DNA from: Clostridia bacterium
Lineage (GTDB): Bacteria; Bacillota; Clostridia; Christensenellales; CAG-138
Length of the DNA: 64,000 nucleotides
Assembly (NCBI GenBank): GCA_017616435.1
Contig: JAFZYC010000012.1
Location: 3,327 to 67,326 of the forward strand
Direction: 5' to 3'
Below the pieces are notes generated by a model. That model ran no database searches. It was not told the origin of the DNA and saw only the letters and a list, made by a program, of their open reading frames with translations. Of the stretch, positions 63,173-64,000 are shown one piece after another. Position 1 is the stretch's first letter. The number at the start of each line of letters is the position of its first letter. Made by a program: the position numbers and the translations under genes.

Positions 63173-64000
63173 GCCTCGTCACCGCCCTTCTCGTAATAGT
63201 GCATGAATATCTCCTCAAGATCCGGCTCCGAAATGCCGAGGTCTTCGACCTTTCCAAGGGACAGCCTTCTGATAAGGGCGTCCATATCCCCGCTGTAAAG
63301 GAAGCTCGCGGTATTCCCGCCGGTCTTCATATCCTTTATGCCCTCGAGGCCTTCAAGATCCACGTTACCGCTGACCGAAATGCGCCGCGCGCTGCTCTTT
63401 GCAAGCTCGTCGACGCTGCCGCAGGCGATGAGCCGCCCCTCCCTGATTATCGCCGCGCGGGTGCAGTTGCGCTGCACCTCGGAGAGTATGTGGCTCGAGA
63501 GGAACACGGTGGATCCGGCGCGGTTCCGCTCGCGTATTATCTCAAAGAACTCGTGCTGCATCAAGGGATCGAGACCGCCCGTCGGCTCGTCAAGTATCAA
63601 CAGCCTGGGATCGCTCTGCAGCGCGCAGACGATGGCGACCTTCTTCCTGTTGCCGAAGGAGAGCTCGTCGACCTTCTGGGAGGCGTCGAGCCTGAGCCTT
63701 TCGCAGAGCTCGGCGGCTTCCTTTTTGCAGTCCTTCCCGCGAAGATCGGCGGAAAGCTTCAATACCTCGCGGACCTTCATCCCGGAATAGAACACGGCCT
63801 CGGAGGGGAGGTAGCCCACCTCGCGCAGTATCGCGGTCTTCTTCTTTACGATATCCATCCCGAGCACCTCCGCATTTCCGGAGGTGGGGGAGATGAGGCC
63901 CAAAAGGGTCCTGATCGTGGTGGATTTTCCCGCGCCGTTGGGGCCGATGAAGCCGAAGCATTCGCCCTCTTCAACGGTCAGGGCAAGATCGATGATGCCG
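63169..64000 (-). CDS. ABC transporter ATP-binding protein (5' end outside the window)
   Basis: The reading frame continues upstream of the ORF-track TTG at 63903 through the Walker A GPNGAGKST (encoded around 63925-63951) to the window edge. Signature LSFGNRKKV and Walker B LLILDEPTGGLD. Confidence 0.88.
   Translation of the reverse strand, partial: GIIDLALTVEEGECFGFIGPNGAGKSTTIRTLLGLISPTSGNAEVLGMDIVKKKTAILREVGYLPSEAVFYSGMKVREVLKLSADLRGKDCKKEAAELCERLRLDASQKVDELSFGNRKKVAIVCALQSDPRLLILDEPTGGLDPLMQHEFFEIIRERNRAGSTVFLSSHILSEVQRNCTRAAIIREGRLIACGSVDELAKSSARRISVSGNVDLEGLEGIKDMKTGGNTASFLYSGDMDALIRRLSLGKVEDLGISEPDLEEIFMHYYEKGGDEA

Noticed and set aside
63590-63961. 123-aa minus-strand ORF and the apparent start of the ABC ATPase at 63903
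   Set aside because: The 123-aa ORF is an alternative frame inside the ATPase gene. The M at 63903 is an internal TTG Leu codon, because the frame continues upstream through the Walker A motif GPNGAGKST to the window edge.

Overview
This is a 64-kb chromosomal segment that is visibly GC-rich and densely coded. Gene content points to a Firmicutes/Clostridia-type anaerobe (inference): class 1B pyrD with pyrK, glgD, a split glycine-cleavage P protein, FeoAB, DUF1002 and DUF951. Most of the window is core metabolism. On the minus strand there is a complete pyrimidine operon, pyrC-pyrK-pyrD-pyrF-pyrE-pyrB-pyrI, behind a consensus promoter and an attenuator-like leader. Further along are rplJ-rplL with an L10-type leader, fumC, purC-purA-purB, tRNA-Leu(UAA), glgB-glgC-glgD-glgA, an ABC importer pair, two tandem M32 carboxypeptidases, gcvT-gcvH-gcvPA-gcvPB, a PreP-like M16 peptidase, psuG, glgP-malQ, ftsH, a DtxR-family regulator divergent from feoA-feoA-feoB, and an ABC-2 exporter pair that runs off the right edge. 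Many transcription units begin with near-consensus TTGACA-17-TATAAT promoters (often TG-extended) and end in clear intrinsic terminators. I saw no rRNA, CRISPR array, transposase, integrase or phage genes. The items most worth a second look are these. (1) A radical SAM/SPASM enzyme is translationally coupled to a membrane protein with a zinc ribbon and a Cys-Ala repeat tail (57345-59992). (2) A four-gene envelope operon is headed by a membrane-anchored RCC1-repeat/dockerin-like/sortase B fusion and contains a genuine signal peptidase I next to a paralog lacking the catalytic Lys (42704-46099). (3) A stand-alone 74-aa Cys/Gly/Trp peptide has an internal duplication and no basic residues (29701-29925). 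(4) An AraC-GyrI-TipAS triple-domain regulator. (5) A PHP-zincin fusion downstream of ftsH. (6) Three DtxR-type palindromes sit over the feo promoter and leader. (7) A roughly 160-bp intergenic element is flanked by inverted repeats. (8) A duplicated 15-bp tRNA-Leu 3' end lies in a hairpin-dense spacer. All functional calls rest on motif recognition by eye; no database searches were run.
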